In this document: positions 12,745 to 26,085 of the stretch, piece after piece
Layout: each line of letters starts with the position of its first letter
Numbering within the stretch: position 1 is the first letter of the stretch
NCBI RefSeq assembly: GCF_001194135.2
Contig: NC_068995.1
Coordinates: 54,003,227-54,067,226, forward strand
Length of the DNA stretch: 64,000 bases
Origin: Octopus bimaculoides
Lineage: Eukaryota
Direction of reading: 5' to 3'
Made by a program: the position numbers and the translations under genes
Notes under the pieces: generated by a model
The model's input: only the letters and a program-made list of their open reading frames with translations
Told to the model about the DNA's origin: nothing
The model's database searches: none

Positions 12745-13100
12745 CCAATTCTTCTTCTTCTTGGTAGGCCATTGATATAAACACACCAGATTGTTCTTTT
12801 ACAAAGTCATGTGATAGAGAAAAAGAGGAAGAAGGACAGAGAGGAATAGAATAGGATAAAATAAAAAAAGAAAAAGTAAACAAAGAAAATAATAGGGAAA
12901 AAGCAAAGAAAATTCACAGCGCAATGCTCTTCTCAGTGCGTGTGAATTACCAGTTAAGACAACGTCTTTCCCTTCCTGTATGGATGGTAAGTCAGGGATC
13001 ATCCTCAAATAATTTTCAGTTCCTTTTTTGATCATTCCAAGTGCTCCTACAATCGTAATCGTTATCCGTCTTGAGATGACACATCTTTTCGATTTCAATT
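12745..13100 (-). mobile_element. Second R4/Dong-like 3' fragment (ORF C-terminus plus UTR)
   Basis: TITIVGALGMIKKGTENYLRMIPDLPSIQEGKDVVLTGNSHALRRAL is alignable with the 3-110 peptide and contains the IVGALG motif. It ends at a (GAA)n run. Confidence 0.75.
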
Positions 13101-13146
13101 AGCAAATATTTATATTTTCTGAGCTTATTATTTTTTCTCTACGCAT

Positions 13147-13316
<170 letters not shown>

Positions 13317-13999
13317 TGTGATTGTTAATTCTTTTATGTCACTGAAAAAATCTTTTGAAACATTTTATGGTACTGTTCAAGAGGGAAATCACGTTTCCTT
13401 ATTATGATGGAACGTATTCATTGAATATCATTTAATTTCCATCTCTATTACTGTCTAAAGAAATAAGACAGATCCAGGAAGAACCGTTGTGTTAATAATA
13501 ATTGCTATAATAGAAAATATCTCCTACGAGAAAGGCTTTCATTTGTGAAAAACAGATAGAAGGACTGTGAATGAAGTGTATTATATCTAATTCATATCAT
13601 ATCAACTGATTTATATTCTGTGATATCAAACGTAAGGGATATGAAGCTGGCTGCATATCAAACATACAGCATTGAAAAATATTTGTACTCATTGTTACCA
13701 AAGTACTGAGTGTTTTCCATAATTCCTTCAAGTAGAATCTCTCTTATACATATTTCTAATACATATACTGCATAGATAAAGTAGCAAAGAAAATGAATGA
13801 GCATTGTCTGATTCAATCCTATTTGTTCTGTAAGGACTAATTTCTTCAGCTACCTATATGTATCACCTGCTTATATATGCAATATATAATATGCATATAA
13901 TATATGTGTACACATATTCTTCCCCTAATATCCTAGATTAAGTGCCGTAGCTCTGACGTCGCAGCTTTTGTGCTCCGCATTAAACAATTAGTCGATTGC

Positions 14000-14720
14000 C
14001 AGTCTAGTTCTGAATGCGTTCATTGCAAGGTGTTTTCTTACTTTCCTCTGACACTGTAACCTGAATAAAACTTATTAATTCTCTCCTAATCATCTTTTTC
14101 ATAACGACGCACTGTTTTTGTAAATCGACAATTGCTATCGTAAAAACCTGTTTCATTAATTTACTAATTTGCTCACTTAAACTTGGTGTGCGGTGATCGA
14201 TGAATTCGTCTTTCACTAACCTCATTTCTGCCTACGAAGCTTATATATGCCAATCGTAACAAATTTCTACACTGGCCTGTAGGATAGTCTATTTAGATAC
14301 GATGTGGATTGTCGGTGGCTGTTTGTCCATTTTTACATTAGCACATTTGGAGAGTCACGTCGACACCTGTCAGACACTTTGAAACGTCGAGGTAGGTTGG
14401 CGAGGATTTTTAGCCCTCCTTTCTTAACAGCAATCACTCACTCTTAACAAGTATCCAATATCGGGTCCTAGTCCCTCACTTACACTAAAGTGAAGGATAC
14501 TTCGAGGAAAACTTCTAGACATCTGAAGAGAACTGGTTCGCTCCCACCTATAGGTGACTATAAAGTATTCCTTCAGAACCCCCCACTTTTCACAACGGTT
14601 CATGTCCACGACCACCAAAGTCACTGATATAGTTCTTATCATGAGATTCAGGTCGTCACGAAACAACTTTGGTACTCTCCCTTCATTCCACTCTATTTTA
14701 TATGTCAAACACCAACATGT
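14000..14720 (-). mobile_element. Possible degenerate L1/Tx1-like LINE fragment
   Basis: Two broken minus-strand ORFs (14424-14708, 14004-14225) with weak resemblance (KKGGLK, ELISF) to Tx1-type ORF2 C-termini, from recall. Confidence 0.25.
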
Positions 14721-15698
14721 TCCAATGCATTTTTATCTCAAGTTTTGATTTAGGGATATTTGGTTACTATTCCTAGCCATCGAGAGATCTGTACCGGTTG
14801 AAATATGTCCTTGTTTCTAAAATGTGATAAAGATGATACTTAGAGAGAAATGAGCATACGCGATGTAACATGCTTTAACCCATTCACTACACGAAGATCA
14901 GTTTAAAGATTAACCAAATATTTGATATCATTGCCACACACAATTATTGTCTTTGACTAATTAAAAATTTAAAACAAATATTTCAATGAAACGAAAAATA
15001 CTAAACCCAAATGGATTTGAAATGAAAAGCCTCGAAAGTAAAAACAAAAGCACAACATACTTACAAATAAAAATGACGTTAAATAGAATTCGGATAATTT
15101 TCCGTGTAGTTGTAGTTTTGTCTATGTTCCGGTCAGTGTGCATTTGTGTGTGTACGTGTTGGTGTGTCTAACTGCGTGGGTTTATGTATGTGTGTGTGTC
15201 TGTGTATTTATCTGTGTTTTCCTAATCAATAAAATACAGTTTCACAGACGTAAACTTAGTTAAAACTGATTTGCTTCTCATTCATTGAAACTACAAAATA
15301 TAGAATGACGAGTAAGAAGTATGCTGTTGCTGAAAGAATAATAAGAAAACAACACATTTCTAAATATTAATCGGAGACATTATGACTCACTACTTAACTA
15401 TTACCTTCAGGAAAGACATGAATTTCCTAATATCCGATTGGTGAGACGAAAAATAATTTCTCAATATTACTTCATGCAGTGTATTTAGTGCAAGACATTT
15501 TGCTTTGTTGATTCGTGTATGTATTATACCCAAGATGAACATTTGACTCTAGAAAGAGAAACAAATAGCACGTTGTGTTATCGATGATTATGGCGTCTGC
15601 TTATTTCTAAAACCTAAGGTAAATATTCACAGCCAACATTTCAGTAAATAGTTACATATTCACTACTCCAGGCAATATCTCCAGTACGAAACCCCAGA

Positions 15699-15763
15699 AC
15701 CACCACCACCACCACCACCACCACCACCACCACCACCACCACCACCACCACCACGCCCATCAC
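15699..15763. repeat. (CCA)18 microsatellite
   Basis: Directly visible. Confidence 0.95.
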
Positions 15764-16464
15764 CACGTTCATCACCATCAAGACAAGAGTACATCACTAC
15801 TACCACTAACGCTCACTCCAGCAAAATTAAACGCCACAAACTGGAAAACAATTGAAATAGCGAATTGCTATATCGTCAAACGGTCTGCCTGAAAAAGCAG
15901 CTAAATTGCCTACAAAACCATCCTATTTCCATTGTTTTAGGAAAATCTGTATCACGTCAGCTTGAATGTGCAAAAAGATGGGATTTTTATGATGGGGATG
16001 CCTGTGATCATACAGCTACTTGTTCTGGGCGATTATGGGCGACACAAGGACGATGATCAATGCTACTACAATCAATAACACTACACAGTTATTCTTTCAC
16101 ATAAATATTCCACAGTCAAACTGTTCTTGTTTAAGAGTTATGCGCGCCGATTTTATCGAGGAAACAACAGCAGGATTTCCACACGGCACACATCACATCC
16201 CATAATTAACTGTCTGAATCTTTGAACAAGAAACAGACAAAGAAAATATGTTCTAGTCAGCAAGTGAGACTCTCTAAGGTCACAGATTTAAAAAGACATT
16301 TAGGACAACTGGATCGATGGAGGAAAGGAGAATTGTAGAACGAAAGCATAAAAATGTTGGAAAGAACATATAGAATAAGTGATAAACGTTATGATGTGAT
16401 ATTGGAAGAATTGAAACAGAATAGTTGCAATCATAGCAAAACTGGAAGGATATGGCAATAGAAA

Positions 16465-16690
16465 AAAAAATCAGTTCAGGCAAAGACAGATTGTTTGAAA
16501 CAAATCAGAAAAGAATTGTTTCAGGAAGTGGATGGGTAAATGCTACCAGATGCAAAAGAAAGCAAGGCATTCTGGAGAGGGATCTGGGAACAACCTGTAG
16601 AGCATAATGATGAAACGGAGCGGCTGCATGAGATCCAAGTTAGATTAAAACATATAGAAAGGGTTACAAAGCAGTTAAGAAAATTCCCAA
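16465..16690 (+). mobile_element. R4/Dong-like ORF fragment from just upstream of the RT domain
   Basis: Across frameshifts it reads NQFRQ.DRLFETNQKR.LFQEVDG...PDAKESKAFWRGIWEQPVEHNDETERL...VTKQLRKFPN. The QNRLF..NQK / FW..IW....HN pattern fits this clade (recall). Confidence 0.65.
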
Positions 16691-16693
16691 ATC

Positions 16694-16826
16694 ATTATTC
16701 AGGTCACAGCCTGGAATCGAACTCGGAATCTTGGATTAGTAGCCCGCGCTCTAGCCCCTATATGGCGTAGTGGTTAAGGGCGCGGACTACTAACCCGAAG
16801 ATTTCGAGATCGATTGCAAGCAGTGA

Positions 16827-16836
<10 letters not shown>
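16694..16836. mobile_element. Head-to-head pair of a short tRNA-derived SINE ending in (AAT)n
   Basis: Plus copy ggcgtagtggttaagggcgcggactactaacccgaagatttcgagatcgattgcaagcagtgacctgaataat (A/B-box-like). Its reverse-complement copy lies at 16694-16752. Confidence 0.8.

Positions 16837-16882
<46 letters not shown>
16831..16882. repeat. (AAT)n microsatellite
   Basis: Directly visible. Confidence 0.95.
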
Positions 16883-16883
<1 letters not shown>

Positions 16884-17480
16884 GCAACATTATGAATGCC
16901 ATCAATGTCGCGACCACCATCACTACCATAGCCCAGTACCACTATTATCTTTCTCCTCTAACTTTTCCATATATGAAGATAATCATTATGATTATCCTAC
17001 CATTACCACCCTAACAACCTTCACCGTCACCGGCTCCACCACTGCCACCATTATCAGCGTTATTATATTCGTCATTGTCATCAACAGCGGCAGCAGCAAT
17101 ATCAGCAGCTTCACCAGCATTATCATCATTGTTGACATCGATTACATTAATCACAACTAATTTCTACCTAGCAATCACGTCAAACCTCGTTCGATCTTTA
17201 CAAATATAACACATTTTTGTTTAACTTATTTGTTTTTCAATTTTGTAATTTCTGTTGTTTTTTTTGATTTCGACAATTTATATTCTATTGTATTAATCTT
17301 TGTTTAATTTAATTTACTTTATTTCTATCCCAGCAAGATTTAGTTAATCTTCGACTCTGATTGTCATGAAATGACATTTTATTTCTTTATTTATTTAATT
17401 ATCCACTCATACACATACATACATATATAAATATACAAGTATGCATGCATTCATATATGCAAACATATACATGCAAATAT

Positions 17481-17529
<49 letters not shown>

Positions 17530-18118
17530 NNNNNNNNNNNNNNNNNNNNNNNNNNNNNNNNNNNNNNNNNNNNNNNNNNNNNNNNNNNNNNNNNNNNNNN
17601 NNNNNNNTATATATATGTATATATGTATGTATGTATGTATGTATATGTATGTATGTATGTATATGTATATGTATGTATGTTTGTATATATATATATGTAT
17701 ATATGTATGTATGTATGTATGTATATGTATATGTTTGTATGTTTGTATGTATATGGCTTTTTCTTTAAAATGATTTTATACTTTGAAAGAGATGTTAAGT
17801 TAATTAAAATTTGTTTAATCAGGTTTATATTTTAGCATGATCGATTTTGTTTTCGTTTATTTATGTTATTTATATGTGTATTTATTGATTTATTTTCATT
17901 TTCTTTTACCTGTCAGCAATTGAAAAATAGAATTACTAACGATTGCGTTTCATTTGTTATTTCAAGTTTCTTCGTTTTTCTGTCACCATCTTTTTTTTTG
18001 ATGGCAGAATTAGTAGCGAGAGACGAACAACTATGGTGATGCACTTTTGTGTTCTGTTTTCGAAAACCACTGCTAGCGAAATTTGCCTTTTAATTTTTCA
18101 GTCGAAAACGCCTGTTAC

Positions 18119-18174
18119 TAAACAACTCCCAATATTCTGCCATGCGCACCAACTATGCGGTTGAACACGAATTG
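18119..18174 (-). CDS. Candidate 56-nt exon with TPR-like peptide (A)IRVQPHSWCAWQNIGSCL
   Basis: Acceptor tgatttccag| and donor TTA|GTAACA. The peptide matches the TPR consensus spacing A-x4-P-x4-A-W-x-N-[LI]-G. Confidence 0.15.
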
Positions 18175-18274
18175 CTGGAAATCATTAACAAGATAATTAT
18201 ACTTTCTAGGGCATATCTAAGATCAGCAACTGCTCATTTTGTAGCCATATTTTACATTTATTTGTGTTATATGT

Positions 18275-18455
18275 AGTAGGATTTGCTGAAAAGTTCCTGG
18301 GTATAAGAGTATCGCGAGAGGCCTGGCTGGAGGCCCAACCTTCTCACTTCTTTTGGAAGGCTTAGAAAAACTGAAGTGTCCCTGCAATAAGTGTGCGAAT
18401 CATGAATAAAATCATGATTAAATGATCTTCTTATTTTCTTGAGAGCAGCCCCTCG
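18275..18455 (+). mobile_element. Mariner-derived non-autonomous element (MITE), right end degraded
   Basis: TIR-like tgctgaaaagttcctgg plus a residual transposase C-terminus GLEKLKCPCNKCAN (cf. mariner GI.KL..RW.KC). Confidence 0.65.
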
Positions 18456-19270
18456 CCCTCGCATGATAATCTCCGACGTCTTCCCCCCTGGTTCGCATAC
18501 AAACACACACGCGCATGCGAACACATATATAGGCAAGTATTACAGAAGCATCAAACAATATATAAACCTAAATATATTTGTCGCATCATTATTGGAGACA
18601 ATTCGGTATCGAACCTGATGGAGATGTGTTGGCTATTATCTTAAGTGCGCAAGACTACAGTGAATGGTCTCTTCCGATATGGCCTTATACACAAATAAAA
18701 TCATAAACTTCCTCTCAGCATTCTTAAAAGCTACTGCACAAATACTGTAGAAACTTAGTCCAAAAACAAGAGAACTAAATTACTGCCACCAAAAGCACTG
18801 TTTCCGATCGCAACAGAACACCATTTAACATGAAATAATTACAACCAAGCATTGCATTCAACTATCAAAGAAGGCATACTTACATAGACGCCAAACGTAG
18901 ATATATATATACTTATAAGAATTAAAAGACAAGACATCTACTCAACATACACGGCAAACATAGGAGATATCATAAAGAAAGTAAATCGACACACAGACAT
19001 AATTAGAACATTCACATGTACTGTTAACAAACAGAAAGCAAGACGATAATGACCCTAGGTTTAATTGGTAACGTTTTTGAGACTAGGATTACTAAAGACA
19101 GCGTAGCATTAGCAACAGACATACATACATAGACTTTCTAATAACAACAGTGCTTATAATGCCAGACATTGCTAACTAGATTGCTGTAAAGTTGGAACAC
19201 ACAGACATACAAGTACACGCGCACGCACACACAGACACACACAAACACACTCACACAGACACACACATAC

Positions 19271-19325
<55 letters not shown>

Positions 19326-20021
19326 NNNNNNNNNNNNNNNNNNNNNNNNNNNNNNNNNNNNNNNNNNNNNNNNNNNNNNNNNNNNNNNNNNNNNNNNNNN
19401 NNNNNNNNNNNNNNNNNNNNNNNNNNNNNNNNNNNNNNNNNNNNNNNNNNNNNNNNNNNNNNNNNNNNNNNNNNNNNNNNNNNNNNNNNNNNNNNNNNNN
19501 NNNNNNNNNNNNNNNNNNNNNNNNNNNNNNNNNNNNNNNNNNNNNNNNNNNNNNNNNNNNNNNNNNNNNNNNNNNNNNNNNNNNNNNNNNNNNNNNNNNN
19601 NNNNNNNNNNNNNNNNNNNNNNNNNNNNNNNNNNNNNNNNNNNNNNNNNNNNNNNNNNNNNNNNNNNNNNNNNNNNNNNNNNNNNNNNNNNNNNNNNNNN
19701 NNNNNNNNNNNNNNNNNNNNNNNNNNNNNNNNNNNNNNNNNNNNNNNNNNNNNNNNNNNNNNNNNNNNNNNNNNNNNNNNNNNNNNNNNNNNNNNNNNNN
19801 NNNNNNNNNNNNNNNNNNNNNNNNNNNNNNNNNNNNNNNNNNNNNNNNNNNNNNNNNNNNNNNNNNNNNNNNNNNNNNNNNNNNNNNNNNNNNNNNNNNN
19901 NNNNNNNNNNNNNNNNNNNNNNNNNNNNNNNNNNNNNNNNNNNNNNNNNNNNNNNNNNNNNNNNNNNNNNNNNNNNNNNNNNNNNNNNNNNNNNNNNNNN
20001 NNNNNNNNNNNNNNNNNNNNN

Positions 20022-20061
<40 letters not shown>

Positions 20062-20068
20062 ACTATAT

Positions 20069-20132
20069 GGCGTAGCTGCGGGTGTGATAAGAAGCTTCCT
20101 TCCCAATCGCAGGGTTCGGAGTTGAGTTCCAT
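20069..20132 (+). mobile_element. 5' head of SINE family 2 (truncated)
   Basis: ggcgtagctgcgggtgtgataagaagcttccttcccaatc...ggttcgg; similar to the head at 63864 and to the rc of 50200-50260. Confidence 0.6.
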
Positions 20133-23100
20133 CAAAAATATCGAACTCAAGGCAAAATGGGGTTTCACATTCATGGAATCAATAAAGTTTAACAGAACAT
20201 TGGTTTTAGTCATGGGATACACTGTAAATGCATTAGAAAAATGTCCAACCGATAATATTAAATCACGGACACACGTGCGTGCGAGCACACACACATATGT
20301 GTATATAGCTCTGCATACCTATATTTTCTGTATGTATGTTTATATGTATGTATGTAGTCCGTACATATATGTATGTTTATATGTATGTTTATATGTACGT
20401 ATGTATGTATGGCATGTATGTATGTATGCATGTATGTATGTATTATCAGAAATGAATGTTTCTCTGAAATATAATTTGGTTCTAACTGTTTCCATTTTGT
20501 TTGATTCTTGACCCATTACGTACACCGCTGAATTCTTCAGGAATTTGCAATAAGTTTAGTAAAACTAGTAGAAACTCTTCGTCACGTAAGACGACCTAAA
20601 CTGTACGCCATTTCAAAAGCGCAGCTGGAAAATATTTTTCCAATGTGTAAATATTTATGACTTTGCTAAAACTGTACATTTCGATGTAGAGAAATATGCC
20701 ACAGAATTTTCAATCTAAGCAGACTGATCAAGTTAGTAAACACAGACAACGAAGCAATAATTCAATAAAAGAATTGGGAATTGAAATAGTGAATAATTAC
20801 TTGGGAATGAATAAATGCAAACAAATAAATATTAAAATGAAAGTTTATCCAATTGTAATATGTATAATATGTATATCAAAAACAAAGATAATCGGAAAAA
20901 GCGAAATTAATTCAAAACGTAAGATGAAAGCAACAAACTCTGCAGCAGTTCTAGAATAAGTTAAAAGCTGAATGCGCTAAACTAGACATTCCGTATGATA
21001 TTAATAAAATAGACAGGAAATAAAAAAAGTAGATTATTTACATTATATCACATAAAAGCGGAGATGCATTGCATTAATATATTTGACAGAACGAGAGCAG
21101 AATCAATTTGGAAACTAGAAATGGTGTATGAAGATTGTATAGATATAACACACATTTTTATCCAGCAAAATAGGACACCCTATTCGAAACAGGTGCAAGG
21201 CATGATCAAATCTAACTTGTGTATGTAATGCAATAAGATAGGCATAGTTAGCAGAATAGGGGCACGAAACCATACAGTTTCTACAGAGTCGCACATTAAC
21301 AACTTTACTGAAAGCAAAATTACTTCGTAAAGGATGGAAATACAACAATGACTTTAAAAAATTTAACAAGCTGTCAAAGGCAGAATAGGCAAGAGTGTTA
21401 ACAAAGAATGGGAACTGTATCACTTACGTAGACAATTCTTCAATTCTTTAAACGATTGAATAAATCTCATGCCGACAAAACCCGATCTATACCTTGCTTC
21501 CAAGGGATTTGGTTAAAAGAAGAAATTGAAGTTTTGACACATCAAGTTGGCAAATAATGAATAAATACTGAAAGAAAATAAAAAGCATCAATGCCCAAAT
21601 ATGAGTTCTATTTCATTAGAATTATCGGTTAGGTTTTATAATGTAATTCTTCTGAACGTAAAGGGACATAAAACATAGACATTTCTTAAAAAATTACCAA
21701 TTAACTCATTCACTACATTCTATAATATTCATAGCGCATTATATAACACATTTTTTTTATTGCTAAAGAGGAGAGACAAATCTCGAATCGATCATCTTTG
21801 ATCTCAGATTATCGTGACAAATTAAATATTTATAAAAGTACAGGTAATTATATAGAACAAATAAAGGATTTGAATAAATCACACTGAATGCACATATATG
21901 TGTGTGTCTATATATATATATAAATATATGTATATTTAAATATATATATATATATATACGTATANNNNNNNNNNNNNNNNNNNNNNNNNNNNNNNNNNNN
22001 NNNNNNNNNNNNNNNNNNNNNNNNNNNNNNNNNNNNNNNNNNNNNNNNNNNNNNNNNNNNNNNNNNNNNNNNNATATATATATATATATATATACGTATA
22101 CATATACATGCGCATATGTGCACAATTACTATTCCGTCAGTGACAGAAACAATAAAATCTCGATTTAAGTTATGCAAACAAAGTGATAGCAAAATTGCCT
22201 ACTACATTGGACGACATATTGGGGAAATTATTATTTAATATAATTATGTTCTTTATAAATGAGTAACTCTTTCATTGGTCACAATTCAAGTTATAAAGAC
22301 TATGATGTAGTAATGAGAACTCTATTATGGCTCACATAATAGAGTGAGGGTGAGACTGTTAAAGCGATATATGTTTGATATCCAAAGGATATATTTCACT
22401 TAACGAACATCAATCTCAGTCTCTTAAAAGAAATTCCAGAAAAAAATTATGTAATAAAATCTACTATGAAGACCAGCGTAAACATATTCTTAGTAATGCA
22501 GTGGTACGTTGCCCGATTATACTGATATTCGAATTGTTGCCGATGTTTTTGTTTAACTACGAAACAAATCTTATCCTATTGCGGTAAGATTGAAGATTTT
22601 TTCCAACCAAGTCTTCCCCGTTGTTTTACTATTTCAGTCATCGGGTATCATATGTGCAATGTACGTTTCGTGTTTTTGAAAGTTGCTTTTATTTATTTCA
22701 ATGGTAATAAACCGATTTTATACGCTATAGAAACACGAAAGTATCATGATTGAGAAATCGATTTTAACGTGAGATTTAGCTATTATTTCGTGATGGTTTA
22801 GCGAACTTATAGATGAAACCGATTTAGACCAAATTCTTGCAGCTATTCTCAATAGGTTCAGTGACAACATAAATGTGTATATTTGGCATATATTTTGATT
22901 GAGTCACCATACATTTCGTATGGAAATATGATTTATGAGTAGCTGTTTTATTTACGATGATCTTCGCCTATTTAGATTCTTATAGCAATGATATTTTAGC
23001 CACCGAAAGAGTGGTAAATAATGAATAGGGCTAATATATCACATTGAAATGTCCATGATCGACAACACATGATGAATGGGGTTCCATTTATGAATATCTA

Positions 23101-24005
23101 GTCTTGACGTACAGCAGGGATTAGATATGTACTTTCATTCTTGAAAATATGATACAAATGTAAAGTAAATTTGTCAGCTATTTCTAACTATTATATCAAC
23201 TGTATAGCAGTGAATTCACTAGCCCATCTGAAGATGTATATTATATTTTATGAGAGGTAATGTCTAATATTCTAACAGGAAACTTAAGCGTTTTTTTTCT
23301 ATTAAACTACCACCTTAGCTATAATATTTTTTTCTTACTGTCGCTGCACACTAATATATACATATATTCTCATTTCAAGATATGTATTGATGTTCTCTAC
23401 TTGCTTGCTCATTCATGACGCGTGGGAGTTCTGATGGAATGTATTTCAAATGAATTTTTTTCGATTAAGATAAGTCGCAGAGGTTAATCCGTGCTTTATC
23501 TCAAGCATGACTGTTTCAATATATTTCCAAGAAAATAAAATTAAACATATTTCTCTCTATATATATTAAATTTAATAATCCATAGACTGGTTTGTTTGCT
23601 TTCTTAAAAAATGATATTGATTTTTTTTTTCAATTTTGTATCATATTCAAGCCAGTAGAAAACAACTTAAAAATGTGATCCGAATAGAGCTATGTTAGCC
23701 AGGGGAAAAATATAAAATGCAATACGAATAGCTCTGCCAGACTAATTCAAGCCACACTCCTCATGCACAAGCTCTCAGAGGTTTCAAATGAAAACACAAT
23801 TCGATTCCAATTCATTTAAAGGCAACATGTCGAATTAAAACACTACATTTTTATCGGGGAAATCAAAACAAAAACATGAAAGTACTGATAAATTTTTCTA
23901 CACATGTCTCTAAATACGTATTTATACCGCCCCCAAACACATCTAATTCATAAAATATGCCACTTATTTATTCACACTTTTGTGTTCTACAAGGAAGCAA
24001 AATTG

Positions 24006-24080
<75 letters not shown>

Positions 24081-24139
24081 ATATATATATGTATATATGT
24101 GTGTGTCTCTGTGTGTGTATATATATGTGTGTGTATATG

Positions 24140-24174
<35 letters not shown>

Positions 24175-24188
24175 CTATTATGTTAAAA

Positions 24189-24218
24189 TGTCGTTTGTCC
24201 AAATTTGGACAAACGACA
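24189..24218. repeat. Perfect 30-bp palindrome
   Basis: tgtcgtttgtccaaa|tttggacaaacgaca. Confidence 0.95.
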
Positions 24219-25549
24219 GTAACTTCAATGTTTTTTCAATATTTATTTGTGCTTGCAATAACCAATTCTTTTGGCCGAAATATACTAACTCCAGCTGCTT
24301 CAAATGCCAAGATATCAAAATTTGTCGAATTTCAGTACAACGATTTTGCTATAGAATGGCGAAACTATTATTCCGTTTTCTGATAAAGCAATGTTTTAGC
24401 CTGAACACGCACATGAATAATAACAACGATATATATATATATATATATATATTGATGATGGTGATGCTGCTTGCTGTTGAAAAGGAAGGCAGTGTGATAA
24501 TATAAAATCTACATAGAAAAATTAATATTTGGAATTCTGAAATGCAAGTGGTGATGAATGTAAGTAGAATATGCCAATATACTTAAATTTCCAAGTTATA
24601 CACACACACACACACACACACAAACGCATATACGTACGTGCATACATACATATACACACATATACATACGTGTATGTATTTATATAATACATGTAATATA
24701 TTTTCAATTGAATTGATGTATATGTCATTAAAAATTTATTCAACTCACAGACAATAATTTGGCACTAATAGCAACATAGAACACACTGCCATTAGCAATA
24801 AACTGAATTAATATTTTATAGAAACACGAATGTCTCATGATTAAACTTCACTATTTTTCAAATGAAACGTGCAAGCTTGGTTAATTCAAATAATTGACAA
24901 AAACTACAATGACAAAAAGTATCTCAGTATCTCCTTTTGATATAGTCGCCTTTGTTGTTACCATTAACTCTATAGTACTTTCACCCCTTTTGGTCGACAA
25001 ATGCATTACTATAAAATTATGAGATATGGGTCATTTGTAAATATTCAATTCTTGTTGTTGGTTGATGTTAGAAAAAAAAAGCCTTTGTTGTTGTCACTGT
25101 CCAAACTGTGGTCTCACAACATGAAGCAGAACAAAATTTAGGTCTGATATAGTTTATTTTATCGTTTTACTTAATGATCACGATGTTTTAAAATTTTATG
25201 CTTCCATTTTATAGAAACTAATGTTTTCTAGATCAGAACATGAAATATTTTATAAGGTTAAATCTGAATAGTATGGCAATTCAGATATGTTATTGGAAAC
25301 TATAAAAATATGTGGATGCAGATTTTGTGATTAAGATATTGAAATCTCTATGGTTATGTGTTCGATGGTACTGCGCAGCGCATAGAAAGAAGTGTATCCT
25401 TCGCAGCCTCATATTTAACTCAATTTCATTTCGTAATCTATTTCTCTTTTACAGTATGTATAGATTTTTGCATTTATATTTAGATATTAATATTGCTTCC
25501 TATAATCTTTATATATATATATATATGGATAATACTATTTTAATCTAAG

Positions 25550-25715
25550 ATGGATGGCTGTCCGAATTGTTAGCACGTCGCACAATATCACTCAACAGCG
25601 TCTCATCCTGATCTTTACTTTCCGAATTCAAATTCCACCAACATCGGAGTCGATAAAAAGAAAGTACCAATCAAGTAAGTACTGTAGTCGATGTAATTGA
25701 CTTCTCCCCTACCTA
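25550..25715 (+). mobile_element. SINE family 1 copy (degenerate, internally deleted)
   Basis: ggctgtccgaattgttagcacgtcg...ttcaaattccacc...ggagtcgataaaaagaaagtacca...gtcgatgtaattgact. Confidence 0.65.
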
Positions 25716-26085
25716 GAACCCTACACTGGATCAGAGACACGGCCAAGAGAATACCCATTTATGTGTTTTACAACTCAAGAAAAATAACAAAATTATAAAG
25801 CAATACTTTTCTATGCATTTTCGTTTCTTTAATAAAATTGCACAAAGAAATAACGGATGAGATAAAGAACATGTACTAATAGCAAAATATTAATCTTAAT
25901 TCAATGCACAGATAGAATACACACAAAATAAAAAGAGAAAAATCTTGTTTCTTGCATATAATCAACTCGAATTACATGACGTTGGTGATTTTATTTTTTA
26001 CCAAGTGGAATAAAACTAGTTGTTTATTTTCTTTTTTTTTAATCTCATTTAGAATTATTCACAGCGAAAAGATCCCTAGCCAAAG

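Noticed and set aside
14367-14388. ctgtcaga...gaaacgtc, a hammerhead-like string
   Set aside because: The core has the wrong length, and neither stem II nor stem I can form.
16763-16825. tRNA gene with ACT anticodon
   Set aside because: It has no proper acceptor stem or T-arm and ends in (AAT)n. It is better explained as a tRNA-derived SINE.
19069-19093. Minus-strand gtctcaaaaacgtta resembling a decayed PLE/hammerhead end
   Set aside because: There is no CUGANGA core and GAAAC is altered. It is too degenerate to support.
19138-20511. Long ORFs in the track spanning N runs (also 34739-35508, 37511-38521, 39886-40813, 52825-53557, 55836-57068, 62904-63347)
   Set aside because: They are open only because of Ns and dinucleotide or trinucleotide repeats (YI, HT, CV, poly-I/N/L). 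They are not coding evidence.
21115-21423. 102-codon minus-strand ORF; also overlapping ORFs at 33879-34200
   Set aside because: No motif or convincing splice sites. ORFs of this length occur by chance.
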